DNA of 64,000 bases from an uncultured delta proteobacterium (lineage in GTDB: Bacteria; Desulfobacterota; Binatia; DP-6), in NCBI GenBank assembly GCA_963815115.1, contig CAWFFN010000012.1:608001-672000 (forward strand). The letters are read 5' to 3'. Positions 28,483-38,917 of the stretch are shown piece by piece. The position numbers and the translations under genes were made by a program. A model generated the notes under the pieces. The model did no database searches. It saw only the letters and a program-made list of their open reading frames with translations, and had not been told where the DNA came from. Numbering within the stretch: the first letter of the stretch is position 1; each line of letters begins with the position of its first letter.

Positions 28483-29588
28483 GGCGTGGCCGGCGTGACC
28501 CGCACGCCCGCGCGGGCGAGCCCCGCGACGGCCGGATCCTGCGCCCCGCCGAGCCAGCGCGCCCCCCGGCGCGGGAGATGACGGGCGAGCAGCGCCAGCG
28601 AGGCCGGCCCCGGCTTCTCGCCCTCGGCGAGGAACAGGACGCTGCCGGCGCCGTGGCGTCCGATGGCGGCACGAGCGCGCGCCCACGTCCGGGCGAGCCG
28701 TGGTCGGCGGAGCGGGAAGCGCTCGTGCAGGACGTCGTGCTGCACGTGGACGAGCGGCGCCGTGCCGGCGCGTCGCGGAGCGCCGTGGGTGAGCACGACT
28801 CGCTCGCGCCGCCGCGCGACGTCCAGGTAGAGGTGCAGGCGGAACCACGTCGGCGCCGGAGCGCGGAGCGGGATGAGATAGGAGGCGAGCCGGACGACGC
28901 CGGGCACCCCGCGGAGCGCGCGTGGCTCGAGCCGCCGCACGGTCTCCGGCGGCTGGGCGGCGGAGCCGCCCGCGGCGGCGAGGAGATGGCCGGAGCGCGA
29001 CTTCGCGTCCAGGTAATGGCGGCTGTACGGCGAGGCGCGGACGGCGAGCGGACGGTGGCCGGCGACGGAGACGCCGGCGGCGCGCAGCATGGCGAGCTTC
29101 TCGGGGTTGTTGGTGAGTACGCGGAGCGGTGCGTTCACCCCGAGCAGGCGGCAGGCGGCGGCGACCTCGTCGTAGCGCCGCTGGTCGGGCCACAGGCCGA
29201 GCTGGGAGTAGGCCTCGAAGGTCGTGAGACGATTGCGGCTCGCCTGCACCAGCATGCGGTCGCGTGCCTTGGCGGCGAAGCCGGCGCCCCGGCCCTCCTG
29301 CGTCAGGTAGAAGAGCACGCCGCGCCCGGCGGCGGCGACGGCCGCGAGCGCCGCATCGAGCTGCTCGGCGCAGTCGCAGTCGCACGCGCCGTACACCTCG
29401 CTCGTCACGCACGAGGAGTGCACGCGCGCCAGCACCGGGGCGCGCCCGGTGAGATCGCCGGTGGCGACGGCGAGCGCCGGTTGCCCGGTGGTCAGGTTGT
29501 GAAAGCGGTGGGCGCGGAACGGCCCGTGCACGGTGTCGAGCGGGCGCTCGCCGAGCGCGAGCAGCGCGCCCTCGATGGTCGGCTTCAC
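28479..29588 (-). CDS. GTP cyclohydrolase II (RibA)-like protein with a degenerate second domain
   Basis: RVHSSCVTSEVYGACDCDC, QEGRG, DQRRY, VLTNNPEK and YLDAK..SGH motifs. GTG start overlaps the upstream TGA (GTGA). Confidence 0.88.
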   Translation of the reverse strand: MKPTIEGALLALGERPLDTVHGPFRAHRFHNLTTGQPALAVATGDLTGRAPVLARVHSSCVTSEVYGACDCDCAEQLDAALAAVAAAGRGVLFYLTQEGRGAGFAAKARDRMLVQASRNRLTTFEAYSQLGLWPDQRRYDEVAAACRLLGVNAPLRVLTNNPEKLAMLRAAGVSVAGHRPLAVRASPYSRHYLDAKSRSGHLLAAAGGSAAQPPETVRRLEPRALRGVPGVVRLASYLIPLRAPAPTWFRLHLYLDVARRRERVVLTHGAPRRAGTAPLVHVQHDVLHERFPLRRPRLARTWARARAAIGRHGAGSVLFLAEGEKPGPASLALLARHLPRRGARWLGGAQDPAVAGLARAGVRVTPATP

Positions 29589-30421
29589 CGGGTGACTCCC
29601 GGGTCGTGCTTCTGGGTCTTCATGACCTGGAAGTACGCGATGAGGGCGTCGAGGTCGCGCGCGGTGAGGTACTCGTGGGGCGGCATGTTGCCGTATCGGA
29701 AGGTCGCCGGATTGCGGATGTAGGCCTTCAGCTGCTCGATCGGGCGATACTCGACGACGCTCTGCGGGACGTTGAGATCGGGTCCGACCTTGCCGCCCTC
29801 GCCGTTGACGGCGTGGCAGGCGATGCACTCGTCGCGAAAGATGTCGAAGCCCGCCCAGGCGGCCGAGTCGTGGGGCACGTCGCGCGGCACGGTGTGCGGA
29901 AAGCGCCGCGTCAGGTCCGTGACCTCGATCGCTTCGAGCTGGTACGGCCAGGGATACGTGTTGGTGTCGCGCTGCGCGGGCTTGGTCCACACCAGGTAGA
30001 ACGGTCCCGGATCGATGCCCTTGCGCCCGAGCGGCGCGAAGCCGGCGGCGCGATCGGCATCGGCGAACGCGACGTAGCCGCCATCCTCCGTCAGGCGGCT
30101 GCCGGGCACCGGTTTGACGTAGCCGTCGAGCGCCCGGAAGAGCACGTCGTGTCCGCCGAGCGCCGTCGCCTCGGCGCCCAGCCCGATCCGGAGCACCTCG
30201 CGCAGCGGGCAGGCGCGGTAGCGATGGCGCCCCTCGTACTGCGGGTCGTCGACCGTGACGACCTCGACGGGACAGCGCCGCTCGAGCGCCGCGACGTCGA
30301 GCCGCCCGACCTCGGTGTCGTCGCGCAGGAAGCGCAGCGTCGCGCTGCCCGCGGCCCCAGCCCAGAGCGCGCAGGCGAGAAGGAGGGCTCCCCCGACGAG
30401 GACCCGCGATGGCCCGGGCAT
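29585..30421 (-). CDS. Exported mono-heme cytochrome c with N-terminal molybdopterin-oxidoreductase-like domain
   Basis: Signal peptide, FRALDGY, GPFYLVW, WPYQL, CIACH, GPDLN and distal MP. An alternative coupled GTG start lies at 30478. Confidence 0.85.
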   Translation of the reverse strand: MPGPSRVLVGGALLLACALWAGAAGSATLRFLRDDTEVGRLDVAALERRCPVEVVTVDDPQYEGRHRYRACPLREVLRIGLGAEATALGGHDVLFRALDGYVKPVPGSRLTEDGGYVAFADADRAAGFAPLGRKGIDPGPFYLVWTKPAQRDTNTYPWPYQLEAIEVTDLTRRFPHTVPRDVPHDSAAWAGFDIFRDECIACHAVNGEGGKVGPDLNVPQSVVEYRPIEQLKAYIRNPATFRYGNMPPHEYLTARDLDALIAYFQVMKTQKHDPGVTR

Positions 30422-30474
30422 CGAGCCCGATGTAGCCAAAAGCGAGGCGGAGCGATACCCGAGCCGGCGCACGG

Positions 30475-32738
30475 TCACGACAGCGGCGTCACCCGATCCA
30501 GCTCGCGTGCGAAGGCTCCCGGTTCGCTCGTCGGTCGCTGGCAGACGCGGCGCTCGCAGACGTACGCCGTCGCGCGCCCGTCCTGCGCCGTTTTCTCCTC
30601 GACCAGGGGCACGGTCGCTGCGAGCGCACGCTGCGCCGTGCCCTCCGCGACGACCACCAGCACGCGGTTCGGCACGAAGCGCGCGTGCAGCGCGGCGAGC
30701 AGGGGGCCGGCTCCCTCGCCGCCGGCGGGCGTGACGATGACGATCTCCTTCGGCCGATCGAGCGCGAGCTCGAGCCCGCAGAGCATCCGCGGGAGCATCT
30801 GCGGCTCGGCGGCGAGCGCCGGCGCGAAGGCGCGCAGCAGCTGCTCGGCCCGCGTCCGCCAGCGCTCGTCGCCGGTGAGCTCGTCGAGCCGCAGCAGGTT
30901 CTCGAGCGCGACCGAGTTTCCCGAGGGCTCGGCGCCGTCGAAGTCCGGCTTCTCGCGTACGAGGAGCGTCTCGTCGTCGGCCGCGGTGTGGAAGTAGCCG
31001 CCGGCGGGATCCGCGAAGCGCCCGTCGAGCGTGGCCTGCAGCGCGAGGGCACGCTCGAGCCAGTGCGGGTCGCCGGTCGCCTCGAAGAGATCGAGGAGGC
31101 CGGCGATGAGGAAGGCGTAGTCCTCCAGGTACCCGTGCCCCGTCGCCACCCCGTCGAGGGCGCTGCGGCGGAGGCGTTCGCCGTCGGCCAGGCTCGACAG
31201 CAGGAAGGTGGCGGCGCGGATCGCCGACTCGGTGTAGCGCGGTTCGTTCAGGGCCTGCGCGGCGCGCGCGAAGGCCGAGATCGCGAGCCCGTTCCATGCC
31301 ACGATGATCTTGCGGTCGACGGCCGGCGGCACGCGCCGGGCGCGAGCCTGGAGGAGCGACGCCTGCGCCGCGGCGAGGAGGGCGCGCGCCCCCTCCGCGT
31401 CCATCGCCTGTCGTGCGGCGAGGTCGGCGATCGGCTCGGGAGTGTGGAGCACGCTCCGTCCGTCCACCGGACCGTCCGCGGCGACGCCGAAGTACGCCGT
31501 GGCGAGCACGGCGCTCCGCGGATCGAGGACCGCGGCGATCTCGTCGGGCGTCCAGGTGTAGAAGCGCCCTTCGATGCCCTCGCTGTCGGCGTCGACGGCG
31601 CCATGGAAGCCCCCGCCGGGAGCGCTCATCTCGCCCGCCATCCAGTCGAGCGTCCGGCGGCCGACCGCGGCGAAGTCGGCGCGGCCGGTCGCCTGAGCCG
31701 CCTCCACGTACACGGTGGCGAGGAGCGCGTTGTCGTAGAGCATCTTCTCGAAGTGCGGCACGAGCCACGCCGGATCGGTGGCGTAGCGGTGGAAGCCGCC
31801 GCCGAGCTGGTCCTGGATGCCACCCGCCGCCATGGCCTCGAGGGTGCGCACCACCATGGCGAGGGTGTCGGCATCGCCGGTGCGCCGCTGGTAGCGCAGC
31901 AGCAGCGCGAGCGTCGCCGGGCTCGGGAACTTGGGCGCCCTGCCGAACCCTCCGTGCTCGGCGTCGAAGCTCTCCCGCAGCTCCGCCTGGGCATGGCGCA
32001 GGACGGGAGCGCCCGGCAGGACGTCCCCGGGCGCCGGCGCGGCGGCGTGCTCGAGGCGCCCGACCACGTCCGCCGCGGCCGCGGCGACCCGCTCCGGATC
32101 GTCGTGGTAGGCCTGGTCGAGGCGGCGGAGCAGGTCCAGGAATCCGAAGCGGGCACCACGCGCGCCTGCGCGAGGCGGGAAGTAGGTGCCCCCGTAGAAC
32201 GGACGTCGGTCCGGCGTCAGCCACACCGTGAGTGGCCAGCCCCCGCCGTTCCCCATCGCCTGCACCGCGCTCATGTACACCGCGTCGACGTCGGGTCGCT
32301 GCTCGCGATCGACCTTGATGGCGACGTAGTGCTCGTTCAGGTAGGCCGCGATCTCCTCGTCCTCGAACGACTCCTCCGCCATCACGTGGCACCAGTGACA
32401 CGTCGAGTAGCCGATGCTGAGCAGGATGGGCCGGTGCTGGTCGCGCGCCCGGGCGAAGGCCTCCTCGCCCCACGGGTACCAGTCGACGGGATTGTGCGCG
32501 TGCTGGCGGAGATACGGGCTGGGCTCGCCGGCGAGTCGATTGGTGTAGCGCGGCGAGCCGTCCGGATTGCGATGGTGCGCAGGCGGCTCGTCGGCGGCCA
32601 CCCGCGCCGCGGTCGGCTCCGTGTCGGCGGACCGCCGCGCGAGGAGTCCGTGCGCGATCGTCGCGAGCAGCGCGCCGGCAGCGACCAGCCGGATCAGCGC
32701 GGGTGCGCGGAGCCTCGCGACGGGGTGCCTCTCGCCAT
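30475..32738 (-). CDS. YyaL/SSP411 (DUF255) thioredoxin-domain protein; probable -1 frameshift in the N-terminal leader
   Basis: [46 protein letters not shown] and DGAEPSGNS motifs. ATG 32738 needs one more C at the run 32722..32725 to join a hydrophobic leader; otherwise the start is GTG 32601. Confidence 0.9.
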
Positions 32739-32759
32739 GTGTCCCGATCTGCCGCGACT

Positions 32760-34382
32760 CTACGGGCAGGCCGGTGGTGTGGGTGCGTTCTTGGCGGAGA
32801 ACGACTTGCTCGCCGTGAACTTCGTCTCGCCGCCGAAGGTGGCGCAGTAGCGCCGCGCGCCGACCGAGAGAACGATGGTGACGGGCTCCGGACTGGTCGT
32901 CCCGATCGCGAAATTCAGCCCGGCGCCCTTGGCGCTGGCCTTGACGAGCTTGTCGGCCTTCACCTGGGCGCTCTTCACCGGGCCCGCCAGCCGCTTGCTG
33001 TCCTTGTACTTGAAGCCCTTGTGATCCTCGGGCTTGCCGATGACGCTCCAGTTGGCAGCCGGGAGCGGGTAGGACTGGTCGATGCCGGTGCCCGTCACGC
33101 TGAGCGATCCGCCCACCACGGTCGGATCGTCGCCCAGGACGATCCCGTCCTTCGCCTGCACCGAGAGCGACTTCTTCGCCGGGTTGGTGGCGTTGTCCTT
33201 CAGCGTGAGCCTGGAGCCGAAGACGGGCTGATCGCCACCGGCGGCGACCGGTGCCACGCGAACCACGTTGCCGGCCACGGAGACGTAGTAGAGAGCGCCG
33301 TCCGGCCCGAAGATCATGTCGGACGGGGTATCGACCGAGTCGACGAAGAGCGCCGGGGTGCCGACGTCGGTGCGCGCGCCGTTGAGCGGCGCATAGTACA
33401 GCCGGTTCCTGACGCAGTCGCCGAAAAAGTAGGTGTCACCGAGGGTTCCGAAGCCGGGGCCCGAGATCGCGCCGCCGATGACGCAGGTGCCGAGCGAGCT
33501 GGCGCCGCTGTGCGGATAGGTGAAGATCGGATCGACGTCGCCGGTGTTCTCGCAGCCGGACGGCTGGGTGCCCTCGCAGTGTGGCCAGGCGTAGTTGCCG
33601 CCCGAGGTGACGATGTCGAGCTCCTCCCAGGTCAGATCGCCCACGTCGGCGAGCCACAGGCTGCCGGTCACGGGATCGAATCCGAAGCGGAAGGGATTGC
33701 GGAACCCGTAGGCGAAGATCTCGCCGCGCTTGCCGGCCTGGCCGGCGAACGGGTTGTCGCCGGGGATCGAGCCGTCGAGGTTCAGGCGAAGCACCTTGCC
33801 GTTGAGCGAGTTGAGGTCCTGGGCGTAGGGGTTGGTCGAATTGCCGGGCGCCACCTGGTCGCCGAGACCCGTGTCGCCGACGCTGGCGTAGAGCTTGCCA
33901 TCGGGCCCGGTGCGGAGGCAGCCGCCGTCGTGGTTCCCCAGGTCCGTCCGGATGCCCGTGAGCAGCACCATGAGCGAAGCCGGGCTCACGGTATCGCCCG
34001 GGCCCATGGTCACGCGCACGACCTGGTTGGAGCGCCCCGTGGCACTGGTGCAGCCATTGCTGTTGTCGGTGCGATAAAGATAGATGAAGCCGTTGGTCGC
34101 GAAGCTGGGATCGACCGCGACGCCGAGGAGGCCCATCTCGGACGCGTCGCACACGCCGATGGTGATGAGCGTCGACGCGGACGTGCCGTTGGAGAGCTTG
34201 AGCGCGCCGCCCTTCTCGGTGATGAGCAGCCGGCCGTCGGGAAGGAAGGCGATGGCCGTGGGCGTATCGAGCCCGCCCTGGAAGACCGACTCCTCGAATC
34301 CCGAGATGGGAACGCCGGCGCCCGCAGGGGCTGCGACGGTCAGGGCCGCGAGGACGAGCACAGCGCGCACAGGTGTCCACAT
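32760..34382 (-). CDS. Secreted PQQ-dependent GSDH family protein with Lys-rich C-terminal domain
   Basis: Signal peptide; [31 protein letters not shown] and GGNYAWP motifs. Confidence 0.9.
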   Translation of the reverse strand: MWTPVRAVLVLAALTVAAPAGAGVPISGFEESVFQGGLDTPTAIAFLPDGRLLITEKGGALKLSNGTSASTLITIGVCDASEMGLLGVAVDPSFATNGFIYLYRTDNSNGCTSATGRSNQVVRVTMGPGDTVSPASLMVLLTGIRTDLGNHDGGCLRTGPDGKLYASVGDTGLGDQVAPGNSTNPYAQDLNSLNGKVLRLNLDGSIPGDNPFAGQAGKRGEIFAYGFRNPFRFGFDPVTGSLWLADVGDLTWEELDIVTSGGNYAWPHCEGTQPSGCENTGDVDPIFTYPHSGASSLGTCVIGGAISGPGFGTLGDTYFFGDCVRNRLYYAPLNGARTDVGTPALFVDSVDTPSDMIFGPDGALYYVSVAGNVVRVAPVAAGGDQPVFGSRLTLKDNATNPAKKSLSVQAKDGIVLGDDPTVVGGSLSVTGTGIDQSYPLPAANWSVIGKPEDHKGFKYKDSKRLAGPVKSAQVKADKLVKASAKGAGLNFAIGTTSPEPVTIVLSVGARRYCATFGGETKFTASKSFSAKNAPTPPACP

Positions 34383-34483
34383 GGAGGGGTCCATACTCCA
34401 CGCCGGCCGGGATGGCTACCCCTTTTCGTTGGACACGTTGCTGCATCGGGTGTCACGCTGATGTAACGTCGGGCGTGGCCGCG

Positions 34484-34894
34484 ATGTTCCCCGTCAGTCC
34501 GGAAAAAGAGGCCGCGCTGGCGGCGCGCCTCGCCGCGCTCGGCATCCGCGATGACGATCTCGTCGAGCGCTTCGTCCGTTCCGGCGGCAAGGGCGGTCAG
34601 AACGTGAACAAGGTCGCGACCTGTGTGATGCTACGGCACCTGCCGACCGGCGTCGCGATCAAGTGCCAGGACGCGCGCACCCAGGCGATGAACCGCTTCC
34701 TCGCCCGCCGCCGGCTCGCCGACACGATCGAGGCACGCGTGCGGGGCATCGCCACGGCACGCGAGCAGGAGATCCAGCGCATCCGGCGTCAGAAGCGCCG
34801 CCGATCGCGTCGCGCGCAGGAGCGCATGCTTGCAGGAAAGCGAGCTCAGGCGGAGAAGAAGGCCCTGCGCCGGGCACCGGGCTCGGAGGAGTGA
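34484..34894 (+). CDS. Peptide chain release factor-like protein (ArfB/C12orf65-like ribosome rescue factor)
   Basis: ERFVRSGGKGGQNVNK (GGQ motif), RTQAMNR and a basic C-terminal tail. Confidence 0.9.
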   Translation: MFPVSPEKEAALAARLAALGIRDDDLVERFVRSGGKGGQNVNKVATCVMLRHLPTGVAIKCQDARTQAMNRFLARRRLADTIEARVRGIATAREQEIQRIRRQKRRRSRRAQERMLAGKRAQAEKKALRRAPGSEE

Positions 34895-34912
34895 TCGTGC
34901 GGCCGTCGCGGC

Positions 34913-36763
34913 TCAGAGCGCCGTCGAGAATCCCCGATCGGGTACGTCGAGTGCGCTGCGATCGGCGGCGGTGATGGCCGCCGTCTTCGCGTGCACGCCG
35001 GGCAGGATGAAGTTCACGAAGAACTTCGCCGCCGCGGTCTTGCCCTCGTAGAAGTCGTCCTCCTCGCTCTGGTCGTCCTCGATCGCGCGCCGCTTCGACT
35101 CGGCGATGACCGCGGCTTCGAGCAGCAGGTGGGCGATCGTCACCTCGGCCATGGTCTCGAGGAAGGCGTTCGCGTACAGCGTCACCTGGTCGACCTTGCC
35201 CGCCATGAAGTATTCCATGAGGGCGCCGGCGCAGCGCTTGAGCGCGTCGACCGCCTCGCCGAGTGCGCGCATCTCGCCGCCGATCCCCGGCTGGCGTTCG
35301 TTGGTGCGGACGAAGCCTTCGATCTCGGCCAGGAACGCGGCGAAGGCGGAGCCGCCGTTCGCCTGCAGCTTGCGGGCAACCAGGTCGGTGGCCTGGATGT
35401 GGTTCGTGCCCTCGTAGATCGAGAAGATCTTGGCGTCGCGACAGTACTGCTCGACGGGATGGTCCGTGACGAAGCCCGCGCCGCCGTAGGTCTGGATGGC
35501 GAGCTCGGCGATGCGGAAGGCCTGGTCGGCGCAGTACGCCTTCACGATCGGCGTGAGCAGATCGACCTGGCACTGGTGCTGCTGCGCCGTGGCGGGATCG
35601 CTGCCCTCGAGCGCCATCGCGAGGTCGGAGTGCAGGGCGAGCTTGACGGCGAGCGTGCGCATGCCCTCCACCTTCGCCTTCATCTCCAGCAGCATGCGAC
35701 GGACGTCGGCGTGCTCGATGATCGGGACGCGCGGCGCGTTCGGGTCCTTGAAGTGACGCACCGAGGAGCCCTGGAGCCGCTCGCGCGCGTATCCGAGCGC
35801 GTTCAGGTAGGCCGTCGAGGCCACGGCCACGCCCTGGATGCCGACGGCGATGCGCGAGCTGTTCATCATGCGGAACATCTGCTTGATGCCCTGGTGCTGC
35901 TCGCCGCCGACGAGAATCCCACGGCAGCCGCCGTTCTCACCGAAGTTCAGCACCGCCGTTGCGGACGCCTTGATGCCGAGCTTGTGCTCGATCGACCCGG
36001 TGACGACGTCGTTCGGCTGGCCGGGGCTGCCGTCCTCGTTCACCCAGAGCTTCGGCACGATGAAGAGCGACAGGCCCTTGGTTCCCGCCGGGGCGCCCTC
36101 GATGCGCGCCAGCACGAGGTGGATGACGTTCTCGGCGAGGTCGTGGTCGCCGGCGGAGATCCAGCACTTCGTGCCGCTGATGGCGTAGACGGTTCCCTCG
36201 AGCTGCTTCGCCCTGGTCTTCGTCGCGCCGACGTCGGAGCCGGCGTGCGGCTCGGAGAGGCACATCGTCCCCGCGAACCGCCCGCTCAGCATGTGGGGCA
36301 GGAAACGCTCCTTGTGCTCCGGCAGCGCGAAGTGCGCGATCACGTCGGCCGCCCCGTGGGTCAGGCCGGGGTACATGTTGAACGCCGTGTTGGCGCCGCT
36401 CTGGAGCTCCTGGAGGATCACCTCGATGGCGTGCGGGCCGCCGAAGCCCCCCGAGTCGGGGGGCATGGCGAAGGACACGAAGCCGAGCTCGAAGAGCGTG
36501 TTCCACGCCCGTTTGAAGCCGCTCGGCGTCGCGACCCGGCCGTCCTCGAAGTGGCAGCCGACGCGGTCGCCCGGCCCGTTGAGTGGTCCGGTCACCTCGG
36601 TGACGAAGCGGGCGCACTGATCGATGACCGCATCGCACTCCGCGCGGGAGAGGTGGGCGTAACGCTGGTGCTCGAAGAGCTGCTCGATGTGGAGGTGCTC
36701 GTAGAGGGTGAAGTCGATGGCGCGGCGGTCGAGCTTGTAGGTGTTCTGGGGGGTTTCGGACAT
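34913..36763 (-). CDS. Acyl-CoA dehydrogenase (long, ~600-aa type)
   Basis: TMCLSEPHAGSDVG, GTKCWIS, EHKLGI, GGAGF and IYEGTNHIQ motifs. Confidence 0.95.
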   Translation of the reverse strand: MSETPQNTYKLDRRAIDFTLYEHLHIEQLFEHQRYAHLSRAECDAVIDQCARFVTEVTGPLNGPGDRVGCHFEDGRVATPSGFKRAWNTLFELGFVSFAMPPDSGGFGGPHAIEVILQELQSGANTAFNMYPGLTHGAADVIAHFALPEHKERFLPHMLSGRFAGTMCLSEPHAGSDVGATKTRAKQLEGTVYAISGTKCWISAGDHDLAENVIHLVLARIEGAPAGTKGLSLFIVPKLWVNEDGSPGQPNDVVTGSIEHKLGIKASATAVLNFGENGGCRGILVGGEQHQGIKQMFRMMNSSRIAVGIQGVAVASTAYLNALGYARERLQGSSVRHFKDPNAPRVPIIEHADVRRMLLEMKAKVEGMRTLAVKLALHSDLAMALEGSDPATAQQHQCQVDLLTPIVKAYCADQAFRIAELAIQTYGGAGFVTDHPVEQYCRDAKIFSIYEGTNHIQATDLVARKLQANGGSAFAAFLAEIEGFVRTNERQPGIGGEMRALGEAVDALKRCAGALMEYFMAGKVDQVTLYANAFLETMAEVTIAHLLLEAAVIAESKRRAIEDDQSEEDDFYEGKTAAAKFFVNFILPGVHAKTAAITAADRSALDVPDRGFSTAL

Positions 36764-36864
36764 GGGCGACGTCCTCCCTGCGGGGTCTGGACTCAAGAAG
36801 GCAGGCGAATGCCGCACCATGTCAAGCATGGCGGCCCTTGCCGGTCACGGCTATGGTCGAGGCC

Positions 36865-38328
<1,464 letters not shown>

Positions 38329-38353
38329 GCTCGGCGAGCGTGGCGGTCGGCGA

Positions 38354-38917
38354 TCACGACCGCCGCCGATCGCGTTCCGGCGTGAGGCCGTTGTCACGGC
38401 ACAGCTCGGCGATCTCGGCGGCGAAGGCCTCGCGCACCGACGGCTGGCCGGGCAGCTCGCGACGGGGCGCGACGCACCCGATCCCGTGCGCCGCCGGCTG
38501 GACGCCGAGGCGGACGGTTCCGCACTCGACCTCGAGCAGCAACGGCCAGTGCCGGCAGGCGGCCGGCTTGACCGCCGTCACCGGCCGGCCCGTGCGGAGC
38601 GCGAGGTGATGGATCGCGCACAGGGCGTGCCGTCGTGTGCGCAGCAGGAACGGGCAGGTCCCGTCCTCGGCGGTCTCGATGACGTATCCGGGGGGATCCT
38701 CGACGAAGACGCTGGCATAGCCGTCGGCGGCGCGCAGGTGCGGCAGCAAGCGGGACAGCTCGTCCATCAGCGAGTCGACGGCGCGCACCTCGTGCCGCGA
38801 CGCCTCCACGACCAGCCCGACGCAGCACGTGCGCCCGCGCGGGCAGCCGTCGGGCCAGCAGCGGTAGGCCAGCGTGTCGAGGGCGCGGTCGAGGACGAGT
38901 CGCCTGCCGCGTGTCAT
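38354..38917 (-). CDS. Cys-cluster protein (DUF3109/YkgJ-like)
   Basis: C....C....CC, CPFL, CAIH and KPAACRHWPL motifs; ATGA overlap with the MscS stop. Confidence 0.75.
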   Translation of the reverse strand: MTRGRRLVLDRALDTLAYRCWPDGCPRGRTCCVGLVVEASRHEVRAVDSLMDELSRLLPHLRAADGYASVFVEDPPGYVIETAEDGTCPFLLRTRRHALCAIHHLALRTGRPVTAVKPAACRHWPLLLEVECGTVRLGVQPAAHGIGCVAPRRELPGQPSVREAFAAEIAELCRDNGLTPERDRRRS

